A stretch of DNA of 64,000 nt, from the NCBI GenBank assembly GCA_040954595.2, contig CM082586.2:463123-527122 (forward strand). Reading direction: 5' to 3'. How positions within the stretch are numbered: the first letter of the stretch is position 1; every line of letters begins with the position of its first letter. A program made the translations under genes and the position numbers. This document shows, in pieces, positions 49,301 through 61,557 of this stretch. Origin of the DNA: Balanoglossus misakiensis (Eukaryota; Animalia; Hemichordata). The notes beneath the pieces were generated by a model. It made no database searches. It saw nothing but the letters and a program-made list of their open reading frames with translations, and was not told where the DNA came from.

Positions 49301-52300
49301 TTAAACTGACTGTCACTTGATCTTGTGTGTCAAAGGTCAAAGGGAGCCAAGGACATCAAAGTGAATCAGGATGAAATTGAGAAAGTGGTCAACAGAATAG
49401 AATACTATCTGTTCAAGCTATTCCAAGATACTGGTCAAAGATATAAAGCTCGATATAGAACTCTGATATTTAACTTAAAAGACACCAAAAATAGGGTAAG
49501 TTTTGCTAATGTTTTTCATGTAAAATTATAAGCATCTAATGAGATAATTAAGATGAAGTAAGATTCAAGTAACTATACAAATAACATTAGTAACAAATTG
49601 TGTGAAAACATGTTTTTGTTGTGGATTTTGTCACCAACAGGGTTTATTTCGACGTGTATTGAATGGTGATATTGCACCGTCCAAGTTAGTGAAGATGTCG
49701 TCCGAACAGCTGGCATCCAGAGAGTTGTGTGAATGGAGAGAAAGAGAAGCCAAACATGTGAGTTAGTCATACTGACCTGTTACCTTGGTTACTTGTTAAA
49801 TATTTTGAACAGTGCTCTCATGCACTGATTTTTGAGGTTTGAACAGCGTGGAATTGAATCTGATTTGTTTCCTGACAGACACTTGAAATGATCAAGGCAG
49901 AAGAGGAGGCTAAGCAACAAGCCATGGTTCATATCACCAAGAAAACACACAAAGGAGAGATCGAGATTGAAGAAGATAGTCTTTCCAACTTAGAGGTAAT
50001 GTGTAATTAAAAAGACTGTCTTATATGAGTAATTTAGCTCCTTCGAGCCCAGTTAGCCATATGTGAGATGTAAATGATTGTATAAACCAATTCTGTCAAT
50101 CCTCTTTGATGTATAGGCACCACCAGAGAAAGCTCAGCCAGAAAAGAGTCAACCCAGTGATCACATAACCGCCATGCTAAGTGACACCACAGATCAACAC
50201 AGGACTCACCTCTTTGACCTCAACTGCAAGATCTGTACAGGCAAGATAGCACCCCCAACAGACGAACCTGTCAAGAGACCCAAAGTGGTGATCGGCACTC
50301 CAGCCAAGTCCAGCAGTGGTCAGGATGGGTCATCGGTCAAATCGGAGGAAAACAGTGCCAGCAGCAGCACGATGATCGAATCTCCGCACCATTCCATGTC
50401 CAAGGAAATCATTTCTATCAGGTAGAGAGTTGAAGTCTGTGATATTTTTTCTGCAATAGTCTTACACGGCATACTAAGAATGTTGTTAATACTTGATAGA
50501 GCCAAACTGACCATGCCTGACCTTCTCTTGCAATTTCAGTCCAGAACTCATGTCGTCAAGTCCTGCAGAAGAACCATACAAACCCAGTCCTACCAGCATG
50601 TCAGTGTGGAAGGGCTTTGTCTCCATGCAGAATTTAGCCAAGTTTGTATCCATTGCATACAGAGTGTCTGGTCCAACAGAGCATCTCATAACAGTAAGTC
50701 ACCTTGTTTCTGGCTTCTGTCAATTTATTAAATAAATCTGATTTTCAAAACCTTTCTGGATTCTGTCAAGCTAAGTTATGCAATCTTCAAGTGCTAATAT
50801 TTTCGATCTCTTTTTCTTTCACATTACAAGGACCTGCCAGACACAATCCACTTGTGTGGCCGAATATCCTTCGAACAAGTGTGGGACTACATCGGTAAAA
50901 TCCGCAACTCTGCAACGAAAGACATCTGTGTCATACGTCTGCAGGCAGCAACGCAGGATGAGAAAATGTCATATATTACTCTGTATTCCTACTTCAATTC
51001 TCGCAAGAGATGTGGTGTGGTGGGCAACAATACAAGACACGTCAAAGACATGTATCTGATACCACTTGCATCTCATGATAGGATACCGTCTGTACTGAAA
51101 CCATTTGATGGACCAGGTGAGAGAATATTTTGGGGCCGAAAGCACAAATAGTATGAACTGCAAATTTTTACAATAAGGCCACAAATCAAGACTGACTACA
51201 TTGAAAATGTTTGCCATTGAAAGTCATGAAATAGCATACACCTATTGACCAGCTACAAGTTTGTAAACATGCCAACATTTACTAATGCAGTTGCCTTCAA
51301 TCCACACAGGGTTAGAAGAACCACGCCCTCACATGCTTCTTGGTGTGATCATCAGACAGAGGCGACATCGACACAGTCTACCATCTGATTCTCTGCCGAT
51401 AAGTCCCAGACCTCACAAACGTCGACACACCATCGACCTGGACGCAGGCACTTCCTCTAAACGTCGCGTCTCAGAAGATGATCGTAACGAGTCTCAGTCT
51501 CCACCGTTGTCGTCTGTGACCGAGGAGTGTGTGTTAAAAGAAAGGGAGGAAGAGATCAGACGCAAAGCACAGAGGGCGCATCAGCATAAAGTTTTCATCT
51601 CTGAAGAACAGTATAACGATCCCATTGTACGACAGTATGCAAATGCTGACCCTTCAACCTTAGTTGCCACGGGAAACACTATGGAGGAAGCCTACTCACC
51701 AGGGCAGGAGTATGAAGCAGAGGAAGAAGCAAAGCCGTATGACCCCACCGATGATGTCATGGATGAAGTCAGTGATGATGACGTCAGTGACATCATGGAT
51801 GTCAGTCAGAATTCTCCAACCATTCAGGATGCTGGAATTGGTTTAGGTGAAGAGGCTATACCAGGTAGTGGTTCAGTGATTGGTGCTTCAGGACGGATTT
51901 TGCCAGGTGTTGGAGTCAGTTCAGCAAGTCAGAGCAGTGTGGGAGTGACCTCTGAATCTGAGAGTGAACTCACAGCCGTGACGGCAGATCCCAAACTCTC
52001 TGAGCAGCAAGAAAAACTAGAATCTCTTGCTAAAGAACTTGAAATGGCCAAAAAAGCACTCCTGGAAACTCAGATCCAGAACCTGCAAGCCGATATATCG
52101 AGGACATCAAGCACGTTGGTTTCTGTTGCATCTCAAGCATTGGAAACCAAAGATGTGAAGGAAGGTACATCCAAGATAGAAACTATTGTGTCGTCATCTT
52201 CCAAAAGAATGACTGCAAGTGATGATGCAGAGAAGTCAATGTCTTCAGAAGATGACCAACCAATCACAATTCCTGGACTTGGTTTTGACACGTCATCATC

Positions 52301-52814
52301 CTCTCAAAGTTTCCTTTCCCCGCCGCAAGATTTTCTAAGTCCAAAACATGTCCACCAAGACGCTGCAGCCAGTGTGGATGGTTCTTCGTGGTCTGTTCCA
52401 AGTCATCCGACAACATCCAGTCATTCAGACCAAGGACATGAGAGCGCCATCAGGAGGTCATCTTCAGAAGGATCAAGTTCATCCCATAGAGACTCTTCAG
52501 ACAGAGACAGGGGACAAACATTTACATCCTTCGATGATCGCCCATTTGTTCGCTATGAATACGACAAAGATGGGCGCAGAATTAAAAAAGACAGTGGGGA
52601 GAGACATGAGAGAGAACGGGATCGCAGTCACAGAGATTATGACAGAGACAGAGATCGTGATAGGGATCGCGATCGAAGCAGGGGATGGGGACGAGATGAG
52701 AGAAGGTGGCAAGAAAGTCGTGGAAGCAGCGGCCACAGATCTCATGACAGAGACAGTAGAGATAGACATGACAGAGACAGATGGCGACAAAGTAAAGATC
52801 GTCATCGCAGATAA
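43374..52814 (+). CDS. DIDO1: DIDO1/PHF3/SPOCD1-family (Drosophila PPS-like) protein: PHD finger, degenerate PHD, BRK, TFIIS-M, SPOC, RD-rich tail
   Basis: About 15 exons in frame (43374-43405, 43777-43954, 44137-45586, 46812-46941, 47957-48189 ... 51310-52814). Motifs [94 protein letters not shown]. The start codon is uncertain, and the gene is equally related to PHF3. Confidence 0.9.
43480..43555. mobile_element. Tiny piggyBac-type MITE (TTAA-CCC...GGG-TTAA)
   Basis: ttaaccctttca...tgaaagggttaa; related copies at 56941-57032 and 61831-61920, fragments at ~46686-46704 and ~57827-57850. Confidence 0.7.
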
Positions 52815-55800
52815 ATATGTAGCTAGAGTTGAGATTTTTTTTCAAGTTTTGTATAACTGTAGTTTCTTCATATTTTGAAAGCTGGTTGTAGTCTGAGATC
52901 CATTCTTGTTCTGTTACTCTTGTGTAACTAGTTAAGCTGATAGAAAACCTTTATGTGGTTGAACAAATTTCCACCAGAAATCTCTTAATGTGAAAATGAC
53001 CAGCAAGCAAAATGTATATTTTAGTACTAATTGTGCCGGCCTTAATTCTGTAAATTATATCAGAATTCCAATTTCATATTTTGAAGTTTTGAACTATTCA
53101 TGTGTTAGTACTGTCATATTTCATGTGTTTTAAGAAAATTTCAGACAGTTAGTGAGTGAAATCGGAACTCATTTCATGTCTATTTTATTTTTCAAAATTG
53201 ATTTATATCTGAGGCCATTTGACAATAGGTTTTATCTGTAGAGGACTCGGAACTTGTAATGGTGAATTGCATCTTTAAGTTATAGTGTATTAAAATGTTC
53301 TTTTAGAAATCTTGGAATATTATATGCATGCATTGGTTATATTGAGAATCAAGATGGCTGCTACCCTTAGCAACCATTTGCAAGGAACCAATATGGCTGT
53401 CATGAGACCAACTGAATATTCAAACGATGGGCATTCTTTGGAGGTTGACCCACAGCAAAACTTAACAATATTTCATTTAGTTTATTCTTGGTTAGATCAG
53501 TCAGCAAATTTATTATACAAATTTAATACTGTTAGGAGTAAAACTAAAATGGCAGACCTCCTGAGACCACTGCCAGCAATTACAAAATTCAAAGGACCTT
53601 ACAGACATAACCACTGAAATTATTCAAAAGCTGATGTGCAATTTTATGTTATGGAAAAAAGTGAACATTTTGATTTTTGTGATGATTTCTCAGTCTTTAT
53701 GTGACAAATTGTCTTCTTGTGCACCAAATGAACAGACAGATATATACTCAATTAAAAGTGTCAGCACTATCATAATTAGCTGTTTGATTTTGAAACTGAA
53801 ATGTTTTGTCAGACTTTTTCTGACAGGGAAATGTAAATTTGTTTACTGCGACAGCTCTTAATGATACAAGGCATTCCTCTATCACCACTAGCTTTTGTTT
53901 AAAATGTTATACTTGAAAATATTTTCAAGAACATAGCTGCTGTCAAGGGAGTTTTGTTTCCAAATGTTCACTACTAGTATTTTAGTACAACTGCTTCAAA
54001 AATAAATGAATTCTGTGATCAGTGAAGAGAAATGTGTTTGTGTCTTCTGGTAGAAAGCAACCAGTACTTGTATATGAATTTATCTTTGAGCATTAATTCT
54101 ATTGAAACTTTATCAAGTGCAACGCTTGATATGTTTATTGATGACCCTGTGTTGTTATAAAGAACCAGGGAAGCATTTGCTGGACCTTGTTACAAGTATT
54201 AATCTGCATGTTGAAATCTCAATTGTATGAGACTGTGTAAATACTTGCAGCCAAGTCTAATGTTTGATAGACATGAGCTGTCCAATAAATGTTTTTCATC
54301 ATATCAACCGTTTTTCTGGAGATATTATTTGGGACACTGACATGGTGTTTGGTCAATCACCTGAACAGTTTGAGAGTTTGTTTATTGCAAGTTTATGTTT
54401 TACCCAAGCAGAATCTCTCCACAGATATCAGACGGCCATCTTTCATTGATTGCCATTAGTCAGACAACATTTTATCTATTCGTAAGTCTTATTATTAGGG
54501 ATAATTATAGTCTACTTACGTAAATACTCAACTGCACTGCCATCCTACAGTATGTTCAAATCTCCCTATGACAGGTTGTCAAATGCACCCATGTAGTTGT
54601 ACTATGGTTTGTCGTATTGCCTAGAATGTGAAAGGTATTGAGGAGTTAAAGGAGGTCATCTGGCAACCTTTCCTGTACCCATGTGTGCAGAATATGAGAA
54701 AGAAACAAGCTGAGGTCAGCTCAATATTTGAAAGACATGCCAAGGGGTTTCTTCAGTTTTCTCAGGTAAACTGGCACTGTTGGTAAATTTATATCCAGTT
54801 TTAGAAGTTCGGTATGTTGAGTGTCAATACCACTCCTTGTATACGCTTACCCGTGCGATGTATTAAGCCTTGACCATCGTGAAATGTACTCGTCATCAGA
54901 AATCTACACACTCATACAGCTACATTGTATCAGCCATTTCTGCTAATGGTGCATGGTCTGTTGCTAAGCCTATATACGACATAAATCGTGAAGAAACCAA
55001 AACATTCGAATCCACTAACCTCATTAGACGCTTAAAATTCGCCAGAGTTTTCCGGAAAGCTGAAAACTGTAGGAGGAACATCATTTTTCCAAGACTATAT
55101 TGGGTTGATTCACAACGCACGCAGACGATTTTTTTTCTATACCAGACTGTAGGTGGCGCTTTTCTCTGCGTTACAGACTCTAGATGGCGCTCTATTTGAT
55201 TTAGATGAAATGTACACATCAAATTAAGTGCTTTTATAAGGTCATAAATTTATTACATTATTACAATTACATTGGAAAATAGCTAGTAAAAGCCACTTAT
55301 ACTATAGAACATATTCGTGACCCCAAAAATATCTCATTTGGAATTTGACTACTGTGTTTTACTACTATATAAAACTAAAACACGATAAGTTTACAGGCAA
55401 AGCAAGCAAATCACACAAATTTTCACGAACAAAAATGAGAATTGTTCCTTGAAGTGTACTTCCATTATCAGCAGTGTACTTTAATGAGGACATAAATCTC
55501 TTGTTTCATGTGAACGAAGAAATCTATTTTGCTTACAGATGTGAAACCAGCAGCTGCCACACATTTATATTTTGTGTACTGGGGGTAATTTTTTATCAAT
55601 TGCAGCACCATTAGACCAGCCTGCAGGATTTTGTACACAACATGTGCATACAGGCTTTTGTGGGAAACAGAACTCAAATACCAGAGTTGGGCCTATACAG
55701 TGAATTACCGCATGATACAAAAATACAAATAAATTATCAAAAATACACAGGTACTATCTCTGTAAGTTCAAGGTTCACATTTAAACAATTCAGATTGAAA

Positions 55801-56940
55801 CCTGTTTTCCAATTTGCTAAGACTGGGGTAACATTGTGTTGGCCCATTGTTAAGGTACTTGAGTCCAAGTATTGTTTCTGTAGCTGCCTGGTCTGTTGTT
55901 TACATGGTGTCTGGCTGTTCGCTAATGAAGTATGACAATAGGGTGTGGAATAGGCTAACTAAGGTTGGTCCCTGGGTTTTCCCAGAGCTGACCCAATGCC
56001 AACCTAGCTGGAATCAGAGTTCCTATCTGTACTGTACAAATTACAGAAACTGTCACAAGATTTCATGATGATTCTTGGTTTCCCAGTTAAATTATTGTTT
56101 TGTGCCCCGTCCACATTATGGCATTAAATGTCAACATTTATATATATAAAAAAGCCTCAAGATGCTGGTCACCCTTTGGATGTAACAGATGACCAGCCCC
56201 TCCACTAAGAAGGTCAAAAGGACCATGAGTTAATTAAACCCTTGGCTGAAAAGCTCCATATACAAGGTCAATGACCATTAGTAATGTCCAATAACATACA
56301 TGTAATAACTAGTAATGTCCCCCTACATCCCATAGCATGGGGCAATCACAACATATATCTTTTACCAAATGCAATATGTGTTTGTCGTTCTTATTTTTAT
56401 TCCAAAATATTTGCTGACAATCATGAATTTTATAGTTTGGTAGAGTTGTATGCCAGTCGCTTTATCAGACTAACTTAACTGTATTAAAATCTACTAGTGT
56501 GGCCCTTAAGGCTATGTTATTCTTCTGGTATAGATTCCATAGACAATCATGTATGATATTTGGTCAGCCCTACACTCTATGTATGCATTCTATGTATGAA
56601 TTCATTGAAGACTTAGGAAAGAATTAAACATTTCACAAGAATTTATAATTAATCAGCTTTTGCACATTGTATACAATACTACACTAATATATTAACATCA
56701 TTCTTGTTGATGCAACAGATAATAAATTTCCCATTCTAAATTTGAAGTATTCTCTACATAGTTCTGAGATGCATACCCGTTTAATACAATTTCTTTGCAA
56801 GTCTGTGTAGCAAAACATGAAAATATGTAAGCCTCATATATTTATATTACTACAATACAATGTTTTATGACATTAACAGTCATTAAATCATTGTAATGCC
56901 GTAGCAATTTCTACATGGAATTGTTTATAGATTCAGTCAT

Positions 56941-57032
56941 TTATCCCTTTCCCCCCATTTCCCTGTATAGAGGTCCAACTTTACCATTGCAAACAAGAGG
57001 TTTGGACCAAACCATGGCGGTGAAAGGGTTAA
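56941..57032. mobile_element. piggyBac-type MITE copy
   Basis: Shares tatagaggtccaac and the terminal gtgaaagggttaa with 43480-43555. Confidence 0.65.
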
Positions 57033-57235
57033 ATGATGATGTTGGTCACAAATGATTAGTCCTTAAGAAATTTCAACTTATCAAAAATTGCTAAACTGGT
57101 ATTTCCATGTGTCAGACTTGAATGCTACAGATCAAGAGTGTATGATGTCATAGCTTGAAAGAGTCTGATGTCATAACTGAAAGAGTATGTCATACATCTA
57201 AAGTATGCCATATGTATGAGCAAAAAGTGTATTAT

Positions 57236-57313
57236 GTCTATAAAGGCCACCTGTCTATAAAGGCCGGTTTAGGAAAGTCCCTTGACTGGCCACTATAGAC
57301 AGGTTGGACTGTA
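57236..57313. mobile_element. Fragment resembling a pogo/Tc1-mariner MITE end
   Basis: tgtctataaaggcc twice, an inverted tatagacagg, and the terminus ...ggactg-TA. Confidence 0.4.
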
Positions 57314-57475
57314 TGTCTTCATTGGAGAATGATCACAACAGAGAAAGGATTAATGCCATTGAATTTGTAAGACATTGTTGTGAAGCAGAAATAAATATTG
57401 AACTAGGGGTATGTTCCAGAACTATAAGATTGTCACTGTATTTACTGATCAAGTTTTGCAGAAACTCAGCCAGAA

Positions 57476-59107
57476 CTAAATGATGAGATTCAATAAAACC
57501 ATGGACATGAACTCTTCATAGTTGACACTAATACTGCCACTCATATTGGTATCTTTCTGTTTAAAAGTATCTGTTAGCGACTTTAGCAAGACTGAACACT
57601 GAATAAATTCATCAAATTTTAACTGACTTCTTGCCTGTCTGTCGTACTTCGCGACGATCAGTTGAGCAAACTGTGGAGACAGTCTGTAACCCATCTGGTT
57701 GAAGGCTGCAAAGAGAAAATACATCAACTTACTTCCTGTGTGCATGTACAACACTGATGTGTCTATGAAATCAATCTGTCACTTGTACTGGGATTCTGCA
57801 ACCAATTATATATGACAATGTTCTATTTCCCTATGGTGGTGAAAGGGTTATTTAAGTTTAGTATCCCAAAGACTGAAATGCAGCCATCTAAACAGAAATC
57901 AATCTATCATTATCAAATGATTTCCATAAATGTTAGACTTACCAGTATGGAGCTCATTGGCATCGATTTTGCCAGAATTATCTCTGTCATACTGTCGATA
58001 AACCTCTCTCCACTGCTGTATATAATGCCACAAGGCAGAAAACTCATGAATGTCAATCTTGCCAGAATGATCCTTGTCAAACATACCTACCAACAAAAAT
58101 ACCATGATTTAAAGGTCACATTGGGGCCACGAAAATGGACTATTGCCCCCTGGAGTGGGGCAGCTGCATCTCATGACTACCAGCCAGATTGTAATAAAAC
58201 AAGGCAGACATACAACCACATACCTATCATTAGTCGACAAGTCTCTGGGTTAAAATGACTCCAATCATTATTTGTGAGAGCTTGCTGTAATTCTTGGGAT
58301 GTTATTTTTCCAGATCTGTCAGCATCCACTGAACAAAACCATTGCCAAATACTGGGATCTACACCAGGTGGACAGCCTGAAAGAAACAAATTAGAATTGC
58401 AGTGACACCTGTTGAGGACATTTTGCAAATGAGAGAAGCCTTCGTGAGACAAAGAAATACAACTTTAGATCACATGATCATGATGATGTTCTTTTGCTTC
58501 AAGTGTCTATAATTATGGAGGTACATACTATCATGTTATGTATATTAATTAAACACTGTGTAGCAAAATAGATCTGCTTACCTTGATGCCCAGGTGGTGG
58601 CCCATACCCACCATATCCGGGCTGCGGAGGGGCATACCCGACAGGGGCACCATAGCCTGGTTGTTGGGGCGGTGGCTGGTAACCTCCTGGTTGTGCGTAA
58701 CCACCAGGTTGTTGAGCTGCATAACCACCAGGTGCAGGTTGGCCATAGGCTTGTTGCTGTCCAGGGTAGCCTTGCTAATGAACAGAAATACATGTAGTGT
58801 TGATAAACAGTGGCCATCGTATTGTTTTTTCTATCAAAAGGACAAGTGTCCCTTATTGTATTATCATATTCATGCATGTCCATTTGACAACCAAAGGAGG
58901 AAGACCTTCAACTCTTTTATTTACATTGCCAACAAACACCAAAATCAATGGTTTGCTAACGTATACACGTGTAATGTAGGAAAATGTAGTCGACGTAATC
59001 TTAAGCTTCAAACTGTTTCGTCAGGAACGTAAGACGCTGTAGGAATTCACCAACAGAGGAAAGGATTTCTTGTTTCTTACCGGAGCGCCGTAGCCTGGGT
59101 ACGCCAT
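57476..59107 (-). CDS. PEF1: Peflin-like penta-EF-hand protein (PEF1/PDCD6 family), 5 coding exons
   Basis: Long G/P/Y/Q N-terminus (MAYPGYGAP|[18 protein letters not shown]...), then [59 protein letters not shown]. Peflin rather than ALG-2 is inferred from the length of the N-terminus. Confidence 0.85.
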
Positions 59108-59243
59108 CTTGGAATTTGTCGGTTGTGTGTTCGTTGTCTCATTTCTCAAAAAAAAATCCCCAACCATACATTTCTGATAAAAAGTTAAATTAAGTTGACA
59201 TTTAGATCATTTTGAAGGACTTTTCATGAATTGCGATGTATAT

Positions 59244-59464
59244 GTATTCGTTTTTTGCGATAAAAACACAAAAAATGATCCACGGGTCGATCCAAAGATT
59301 TCCAAAATGGCGGCACGAGCGCATTCATTGTGTTTGGAGACACTAAACTTTTCGACCCTATTTTCGTGCTCTCTTTGTGTTCACTCGGGGTTGTCATTTT
59401 TATTACTCGGATATTAAGATGTCATGCGATTCGGCAATAAACTCTAATTCTTCCAAAACTTAAA
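59244..59464. repeat. Dispersed ~220-bp repeat, copy 2
   Basis: Matches 23652-23876. Confidence 0.85.
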
Positions 59465-61557
59465 CATTGTATAAGTTAAAAGCTGGATAATTTGATTCTC
59501 AAAACAACGAGTTTTTACATTTACTATTCACATGAAAATGGCAGCAAAAACGAAAAAAATCGTAAGCATTTTGCAGTTCACTGCGGATAAAATTCCAGTG
59601 CCGACACAACTATAACAGGGGACAAATAAGCCAAGACTTTAGGAGTTCTTTTGTAGTAGAGTGTTTTATTTCTGTTCTGTGAGTCTTTTCAAATACATAG
59701 AAAACTTGAAAAAAATTGAAACTGCCCAAGATTGTGTAAAATGGTGACAAGCACCATATATTTGATTCACAGAAGTCAAAAACTTAAAGACCAGAAAATA
59801 TTTCACTTAATACACAATTCACAACATAAAACAATTCTACATGTATCACACTTTGGAAAGTGCTTGTAGACAAGAATTTCAACTTCCTCCTAGAAAGAAT
59901 CATAAAAGACAGTGACTCATAAAATTTGACAATAATTGTAAAAGTTACAATGACTGTATCCTGATGAATATTGGCAAGACTCTGCAGTTAACAACAGTCT
60001 CAGCTAAAATGATGCATGACAACGAATGTCGAATAACTCTTTTCAAAACCTCCATCAATCTTCAACTTTCGGTTTCTAACATCTCACATCTCTTCTCTTC
60101 TTGAAGATGTCATTCAGAAGCCTGAACCATAAAAGCTATTAAAGTAATATTTTACACCATAATATTCATATCTGCTAACTACTGAAAGTTATCTGCAGTT
60201 TTAGTCTTACATTTTCAGCGCTTACAACCACATTGACCGAAAGCATCCAACTAAGCAAGTCACTACAACATGGAGGGTACATATCATCTGACATACCAAT
60301 ACCTAGAGTCTACTTCACTTTTGAACTATTATAGAACGTTTCGTTAGATTAGCAGTGAACTTGTCCTAACACAAAGAGGCTGGAATAGATGAGTATAATC
60401 ACACAAAGTCAGTGATACTTGGACTGCACACAATCACACCGTAAATACAAATGATGAACTTGATGTGTTTGGAACAAACTACATGAAATAAAAAAAAATA
60501 TTGCTGGCAGAGTAATCAACTTGCACTTGTTTCCTGAGTACAACTATCACTTTAACACAAGTGCTCCTATACAATTAAAACAAAAACATCTTTTTCTCTT
60601 TAATTTAAATTACATGTATCTTTAAATACAAACAAATTTTGAATTTGTTTATAATTATGAAAGTTACTACTGTCTGAATTGGGAAAAACAATTCTTGTGC
60701 ATTGATAAATGTTACCCTGGTCCAAGGATAATATATTATACTTTGATACAGTCTCTGTCTGTCCTTTGTTCAAAACTCCTCCTTTCACTGCCAAACTTCA
60801 GTTCAACCATATTGTTAATAATGGTCTGGTTGAATCCATATACAAGAAAAGGGGGTGACTGGGTGAAACCAAAGCTACATTACTTGACTATGTAAATGTA
60901 CAGCAATGTATGAAATTTAAAAATCCATACTTACATGAAAATAAAAACATCAAAATACACACAACATGACTACACAAATGGCAACCTTTCAGATAAACTC
61001 AACAACATGACTACATATACCACAAGAAGTCTTGAGTTTAAGAGCAACAGACCGTATCATCAACTACCCCGGCAAGAGGAGGTTGCATGGATTACACATC
61101 AAAAGAGAATCGGTTATTGTTTTGACTTTTTTTTCAAGATAATTTTTTTCACCTGAATATTTCAATAAATGAGAGTTTTTGAAAGATATTGAGTGTATGT
61201 GTTGCCAGGCTACACAAAACACAAAGTATGATATTCCTGATTAAATGTGTTTGCATATTAATTAATGATAACCTCTGTTATCTTGTCACAGATGCAGAAT
61301 GATTCTGAAAGTGTGATCACATGATCAGACAACCTTTCAACTCTGACCGCTATATAGGTTCAATCATGTTTTAAATTATCTCAAATTTTATAGTTTTTTA
61401 AAAAAAATTCATGTCCATCCATCTGCCTAGTTTTCCATACTGGTCAACTTTCATTGAAATGTTTTACTCAGTGGATGCTGATGAAAACGATTCAAAGGCC
61501 TTTTTAAAAAGAAACAATGTTTTTGCACTGACAAGTTCTTTAGTCAGCAAAATCCTG

